Part shown: positions 27,092-31,877 of the stretch, piece after piece | How positions within the stretch are numbered: the first letter of the stretch is position 1 | How the letters are laid out: each line of letters begins with the position of its first letter | Virus record (IMG/VR): IMGVR_UViG_3300043781_000042 | Location: 1-31,877 of that record | Strand: one strand, 5' to 3' | Origin: a virus | Taxonomy: Duplodnaviria > Caudoviricetes | Length of the DNA stretch: 31,877 nt | The notes under the pieces: generated by a model | Database searches by the model: none | What the model saw: only the letters and a program-made list of their open reading frames with translations | Told to the model about the DNA's origin: nothing | Made by a program: the position numbers and the translations under genes

Positions 27092-28487
27092 AATACCTGA
27101 TTTGTTGTTTCTTCTTAGGTTTGCTGTTGCCGCAAGCCCAATGTGCTAATAAAGCACTATCCATAAGGCTGATATCCATATCTTCATACTGCGACTTATA
27201 TCCGAAGCCGCCATTCGATCCGATATTGCGCTTTTCGCAGTTCGTAACGACGGCCGTCAATGACGGCTGATCGCCATGCCGAACACTCTGTTGAAATACT
27301 GCTTGCTCCCACAAAGAATTGGCCACAATGACCTCTTTCACTGTCGGAAGAATAGGCTCTTTCAAACCAAATTCTTTCATCTCTGCAGCGAGAATGCTCT
27401 GACCGCTTTGACCGTCGATCACGACATTCTCTGGAGCGGCCTGTTTCAAAAAATTAATGATCCAGTGATTGCCATTTCTGACCGATTGACAATCGATCGT
27501 TTCGACAAATATTTTCCCGGACAGCGTCCGAACAGCGACACTCACCGCAACATTTGCCCCATCATTGCCGTATTTGATACCGACTGACAAAGGCCCTTTC
27601 AAGACAGGCAGTGACCTCACTTTCAATTCGCGCCATTCATTTTCAGAGATAGCCGATTTTTGATTGTATTTGATCCACAAGCCCAACCGCTGAATATTGA
27701 AATCAACGATATCTGTCCCGATCTCGTCCTGGATCGAGCGTTCGGTGAAGATCGTTCCCAGCGACGGATTGCAGAGATACCACAACTCCCGATCGCGGAT
27801 ATCCGCCTCGTCTTCCACTCCCCATTCTGCCCAACCGGCATTTTCAAGTTTTCCCGCGAGAACATCCTTTCGAAAATTGACAAAGACTGTTCCGCTGGAG
27901 AGTGGGGTCGGCGGTGTTCCGCATAGGATCGTTTGCGGATTTTGCGAGTCGGTCACGACATACTTCAGCGCTGATTCTTGATCTGCCGTATACTCTTGCG
28001 CCTCATCGATCACGAGCAGATCAAATCCTTCACCTAGTCCGCCAGTGGAAGTCCGTGTTCGGAACTCGCAGCGGCCCCCAGTATCCGGCAGTTCGATCCG
28101 CTCGCGCCCGGTTGCCCGAAGCGATTCGTACTGGATCCCGGCTTTATCGAGCAAGCGCAGCAGTCGTTCCCAAGCAGCATGGCTTGTCGTAGTCCGGTGA
28201 GCGGTATGCAGCATCTGCTCTCCATCTTGCAGCCCTTTCATTTCGCGGATGGCCACGATCTCATTTTTTCCGTTCCGCCGAGGAAGCGAATAGCCAAATT
28301 TAGTATGTGTCCACAAGCCGTCTTCATTCGTTGCAAAAATATGTTTGGAAAGTTCGACCTGCCACTCTTGAGCTTCACGTCCTGATTTTTCATAGGTATC
28401 GACCGCACTTTGGTACAGCGTCACAGTATATGGAAGAATTACCGATTGAGTAGGATGCTGATTACCAAGTCGTGCTTTAGTAGTCAT
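27090..28487 (-). CDS. terL: Terminase large subunit
   Basis: Walker A PRRNGKNE, Walker B LLVIDEAQE, coupling motif GTPP, and a C-terminal RNase H-like region. Confidence 0.93.
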   Translation of the reverse strand: MTTKARLGNQHPTQSVILPYTVTLYQSAVDTYEKSGREAQEWQVELSKHIFATNEDGLWTHTKFGYSLPRRNGKNEIVAIREMKGLQDGEQMLHTAHRTTTSHAAWERLLRLLDKAGIQYESLRATGRERIELPDTGGRCEFRTRTSTGGLGEGFDLLVIDEAQEYTADQESALKYVVTDSQNPQTILCGTPPTPLSSGTVFVNFRKDVLAGKLENAGWAEWGVEDEADIRDRELWYLCNPSLGTIFTERSIQDEIGTDIVDFNIQRLGLWIKYNQKSAISENEWRELKVRSLPVLKGPLSVGIKYGNDGANVAVSVAVRTLSGKIFVETIDCQSVRNGNHWIINFLKQAAPENVVIDGQSGQSILAAEMKEFGLKEPILPTVKEVIVANSLWEQAVFQQSVRHGDQPSLTAVVTNCEKRNIGSNGGFGYKSQYEDMDISLMDSALLAHWACGNSKPKKKQQIRY

Positions 28488-28543
28488 GTTGCTCCCCCTT
28501 CAATCTAATCGCATGATAACCCTGTCGCTGGGATTTCACATCA

Positions 28544-28744
28544 TTAGTCTATTCCATTAACGTCAATAGCTATTCCCGCGATGCTCTTTTCATAAAATGT
28601 TGCAACTCTTTTTTTCCCTGTTGACACACCTTGATAAATAAATCCAATCCATCCATCATTGTCATCAGTATAGTTTTCAATTTGTTCAAAGCGCATCGTC
28701 TTGCCATCTTTTAGCCAAATAATTAAATCCACATTTTCCTTCAT
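28544..28744 (-). CDS. Small beta-rich phage protein (66 aa)
   Basis: RBS AAGGGGGA. LIIWLKDGKTMRFE..FIYQGVSTG..IAGIA. Confidence 0.75.
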   Translation of the reverse strand: MKENVDLIIWLKDGKTMRFEQIENYTDDNDGWIGFIYQGVSTGKKRVATFYEKSIAGIAIDVNGID

Positions 28745-28772
28745 AAGTAATTTCCCCCTTAATTTTGGGTAC

Positions 28773-28810
28773 AAAAATAGCACTCACTCATTTTTCAATG
28801 ATTGGGTGCT
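28773..28810 (-). terminator. Terminator-like hairpin after the candidate immunity gene
   Basis: AGCACTCA / TGGGTGCT stem followed by ATTTTTG on the minus strand. Confidence 0.55.
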
Positions 28811-29049
28811 TATTCTGGTAAACCGTATTTTTTCAAATATTCTTTTTTTAATGCTTCAGGGTATTCATGTGGAACATCATCTGCACTTCCTTTTCCTTCA
28901 ACAATTTCAAAAAAGTCAGAATCATAAAGATAGTCTTCTTTAGTTTCATCAATGATTCTATATGAACCCTTTTCAATTGATTCAACATTGTAAATTTTTC
29001 CATTTATTAATGATAATGGATTACTTTCTCCGACAAATAGCACTTTCAT
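28810..29049 (-). CDS. Candidate immunity protein for the MuF toxin domain (79 aa, acidic)
   Basis: Starts 1 nt after the MuF stop. LINGKIYNV..YRIIDETKEDYLYDSDFFEIV motif. Confidence 0.65.
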   Translation of the reverse strand: MKVLFVGESNPLSLINGKIYNVESIEKGSYRIIDETKEDYLYDSDFFEIVEGKGSADDVPHEYPEALKKEYLKKYGLPE

Positions 29050-29050
29050 A

Positions 29051-30124
29051 TTAGTTCCACCTCTTTTCCTTAAACATTATTTTCCCAACGTTAGGAGCTT
29101 CGAACCAATGAGCTTCAATCCTTTCTCCACTATCTAACTCAACAAAACCAATTTTCTTTTGCCAATCTTTCGCAGTAGTTTCAGGATATTTTTCAACTAA
29201 GAAATTAACAATATCAATCTTTCGATTAACGCCTTTCCCAGCTATCACTTTGACGTTAGTTATTTTCGATCCCGCTTTTATTTTCTCTTTTCGGTTCGAT
29301 AAAGTTATATCCCTTTTGACAAAAATGTCTCTTGCTTTTGCACTTACAGATTTTGGAAGCTGTATATCGGGTTGGCGAAGTCCAATTACCTTTCTTTCCT
29401 CTATTTTAGCATCTTTCTTTGTGTCCCGCCATTTCTTCGTGTGGGAATTTTGTAAACCACGGGCATCTTTCGGATTGTATTCTACTGTGCAGCGGCAACG
29501 GTCATGACGCTGATAAATATTATCCGGTTCCTCATGATAGATATAGGTTCCAGCCAAGTTTTTACACCAATCACAGGCTTTTCCTCGAACAGTTCGGGTA
29601 ATCGTCGGTTGCAATCCAGATCTTGCATGAAAATCGACATTTTCTCTGATGGCATCATCAACAACAGATTGAGTAAAGTTGACAATTGGCTCCTGCAAAA
29701 TCCATTTGACTGCTTCAAAGTCAGACTCACTAGATAATCGATTAATGAGACCGTCAATGCGATCCTGATTGAGTGCTGGGGATTGCGCTTTGAGCTTGAT
29801 TCCTGCAGCATGATTCAATTCCGTTTGCACATCACTAGCAAAATTGCTAACTAGGTCAAAATTCTTCTGCATAGTTGGATTCAAGATCCGATCAGCAATA
29901 TTAAAATACATTTTTCCGTCCGGTAAAATTTCCGCCGTAATATTAGTGCCAAGGACATCTGCTAAAATCTCGCCAACTTCAATTGCAAAATCATTTACTT
30001 CAAGATAAGTTGCCTTTTTGTTTTTTAGCGCTCGTAGTGTCTTTTTTAATTTAGCACTGTTGTACGTTTGTTTATCGAATTGTGTTTGAATCGTTTCTAA
30101 AAGACTTGGAACAATATCATCCAT
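29051..30124 (-). CDS. Minor head protein (MuF/SPP1 gp7-like) with C-terminal toxin-like extension
   Basis: Follows portal. CDWC..YQRHDRCRCTV signature, plus an extra ~105-aa basic domain (WQKKIG..EAHWFEA..G). Confidence 0.82.
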   Translation of the reverse strand: MDDIVPSLLETIQTQFDKQTYNSAKLKKTLRALKNKKATYLEVNDFAIEVGEILADVLGTNITAEILPDGKMYFNIADRILNPTMQKNFDLVSNFASDVQTELNHAAGIKLKAQSPALNQDRIDGLINRLSSESDFEAVKWILQEPIVNFTQSVVDDAIRENVDFHARSGLQPTITRTVRGKACDWCKNLAGTYIYHEEPDNIYQRHDRCRCTVEYNPKDARGLQNSHTKKWRDTKKDAKIEERKVIGLRQPDIQLPKSVSAKARDIFVKRDITLSNRKEKIKAGSKITNVKVIAGKGVNRKIDIVNFLVEKYPETTAKDWQKKIGFVELDSGERIEAHWFEAPNVGKIMFKEKRWN

Positions 30125-31358
30125 TGTCCCCAGCTCCTTTTACGCCAGTTAAATCACGAATCATTTCTCCATCAACAAAACCTTCAATGGCTTGGTTAAG
30201 TTTAATAGCGCCATCCCCGATTAGGCTCAACATACTTGCATCTGCCTCAAATAATGGTTCCCATTTTGGCTGGGTATTAACAAATTGTTCACGTAAATAC
30301 GGGTAGTCATCGCGCAAGCAAGCTGCCAAATATGCTACGTTAAGAAATCCGGAACCTAATGATCGTTGTGCTTTTCTTCCTGATTTCAGTAAAGGTTCAT
30401 GACTTGCCTTAATTGCTTCTGCACTTGATGGATTATCAGATACAAAACCTAAATCATCAGATGTAATACCCATTTCACCCGCAAACAATTGAGCTTCCAT
30501 CCTTAATTGATCAACAAAAGGAGTCATACTTGGGGATGTAAACTGTCCCAAAGTAGGTTTTTCACCATCATCGTCTTTTGTAAATTGAAGCATTGCTGAA
30601 ACAGTAGCTTTCCAACTATCAAGAGGTTCTGCGTCATTACTCAACCCAACCACATATTTTTGAGGGAATGAGTAAAAATCAGCAGTCACTTTTGATAGCA
30701 TCAATATTTTTTGGGCATCCCTTAATATATTAATGCCTGCTCTTGTAATTCTTGAACGTCCAAAAGGTCTCTCGGCATCTGGCCGATGGATAATCGGGAC
30801 TAACAATGGATGATTGGTAGGGTTCGGTATTGAAAAATCTTCAGTGTTTCGATCTGCATAGTAAAATGTTGTGTATTCAGAAGTAAAATATGCTTCTAAT
30901 AAAGGAACCCCACTATCATCTCTTTCTAGAACGACATAACCTTCTGTCAACAATCCTGTTATAGGATCAATAATACCAGTCGCGTTACTGGCTTCAATGA
31001 CTTGTAATCGTGGTAACTCTTCCTCCACTTTCGAGATATAAACAAAAGAACACGATGCAATCAAAGCTGAAAGTACCGCGCTGTCAAAAAATACATCTGG
31101 ATTATTTGCTTGAAAAATTTCGTTGACCTCAAAATCATCATTTGTAAACTCGCGAAATATTAATCGATCTCCCAGGGCGTCTACTCCTTTTGTACACCAA
31201 CCCAAAATAGTTTTATAACTATCCTTTAACTGTTTTGGAATTGTAGCACTAATGTCATTATCGGTATATTTCATCGCATAGCGTTTATATCTCATATTAA
31301 CTCTAGCTTGCTTTGATATCAGCTTCCTTCGAAGATATTCTATTCCTTTTTTACTCAT
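30117..31358 (-). CDS. Portal protein (413 aa; true start MSKKG)
   Basis: LGWCTKGVDAL, RPFGRSRITRA and DNPSSAEAIKA motifs. AAAGGAG RBS before ATG 31358. Confidence 0.92.
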   Translation of the reverse strand: MSKKGIEYLRRKLISKQARVNMRYKRYAMKYTDNDISATIPKQLKDSYKTILGWCTKGVDALGDRLIFREFTNDDFEVNEIFQANNPDVFFDSAVLSALIASCSFVYISKVEEELPRLQVIEASNATGIIDPITGLLTEGYVVLERDDSGVPLLEAYFTSEYTTFYYADRNTEDFSIPNPTNHPLLVPIIHRPDAERPFGRSRITRAGINILRDAQKILMLSKVTADFYSFPQKYVVGLSNDAEPLDSWKATVSAMLQFTKDDDGEKPTLGQFTSPSMTPFVDQLRMEAQLFAGEMGITSDDLGFVSDNPSSAEAIKASHEPLLKSGRKAQRSLGSGFLNVAYLAACLRDDYPYLREQFVNTQPKWEPLFEADASMLSLIGDGAIKLNQAIEGFVDGEMIRDLTGVKGAGDNG

Positions 31359-31398
31359 AACATCGCTCCTTTCAATGTCGCACGAGAAAAAATGTACA

Positions 31399-31411
31399 GT
31401 GACGGCGTGAA
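31399..31411. other. cos site (13-nt GTGACGGCGTGAA)
   Basis: Matches the 13-nt cohesive end I recall for Lactococcus phage phiLC3. Lies in the GC-rich intergenic region between HNH and portal. Confidence 0.8.
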
Positions 31412-31506
31412 GCCCGGCGGCTGGACGGGTGGGGTGGGTATCCCCCCCTTCTCTGCTCTCGCCACAGCGTTTGAATTTATTTTTGGCATCGTTACATTCA
31501 ACATGA

Positions 31507-31839
31507 TCAATGCTTGTAAGAAGCCCAATCAAGGCTTTGTGGAAGATTACGATTGCCTAATATTTTTGGCTCTTCTTGCTTTGATTTAAAAAGTTTGTCC
31601 GACTTCTGTCGGTTGCATGACCAGTGAGCCAGCTGCAGGTTCGAGATGTCCGACGGATGACCACCCTTGTTGATAGGAATGATATGATCGACGACTGGAC
31701 TCATTGGATCCGGATACTTTATCCTTTTGTCCACAGGTTTGCCGCAGATCCCGCAAACGTTCTGGGTCTTCAGGATGATCTTCTTATTCTTGTCAAAGGC
31801 GACCCGGTGGGCTCCTTGACGATCCGCTCTCAGTGCCAT
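31507..31839 (-). CDS. Packaging-associated HNH endonuclease (HK97 gp74-like)
   Basis: CGICG..VDHIIPINKGG..NLQLAHWSCNRQK. AGGAGG RBS before ATG 31839. Adjacent to cos. Confidence 0.9.
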   Translation of the reverse strand: MALRADRQGAHRVAFDKNKKIILKTQNVCGICGKPVDKRIKYPDPMSPVVDHIIPINKGGHPSDISNLQLAHWSCNRQKSDKLFKSKQEEPKILGNRNLPQSLDWASYKH

Positions 31840-31877
31840 ATGGTGGGGCCTCCTTGTATATAAAAAAAGCACCCGCT

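Larger units (their letters stand above)
1..31877. mobile_element. Temperate siphophage genome (r1t/phiLC3-like packaging module), apparently complete and circularly permuted
   Basis: All modules are present (lysogeny, replication, packaging, head, tail, lysis). Integrase abuts lysin across attP and cos is intact. No intact host genes are seen. Confidence 0.93.

Noticed and set aside
31359-31532. N-terminal 58-aa extension of the portal ORF in the track
   Set aside because: It runs through the cos region, and a strong RBS precedes ATG 31358.
2052-31863. Numerous antisense or out-of-frame ORFs in the track (e.g. 2597-3031, 8600-8941, 10964-11302, 16154-16729, 27276-28385)
   Set aside because: They overlap well-supported genes and lack RBSs and protein-like motifs.

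Overview
The window appears to be the complete, circularly permuted genome (31,877 bp) of a temperate cos-type siphophage of a Firmicutes host, probably Enterococcus. It is in its excised circular form: attP (between integrase and lysin) and cos (between the HNH gene and portal) are both intact, and a terminator hairpin is completed only when the two window ends are joined. Most genes are on the minus strand: HNH, cos, portal, minor head, terminase large subunit, scaffold, capsid, neck, tail, lysis; then Cro, recombination/replication (RecT, PD-(D/E)XK nuclease, replication initiator, SSB) and a late activator. The plus strand carries the lysogeny module (repressor, ImmA-like peptidase, two accessory genes, tyrosine integrase). 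The main highlights are: (1) a MuF-type minor head protein with a C-terminal toxin-like extension followed by a coupled candidate immunity gene; (2) an 899-nt group I intron with an HNH homing endonuclease and its own promoter, splitting the tape measure gene; (3) an attP carrying the last 15 codons of host lepA; (4) no recognisable small terminase; (5) a virion metallophosphoesterase; (6) a self-regulated Xre/small basic protein cassette; (7) several candidate small antisense RNAs. All family assignments come from motif recognition, not database searches.
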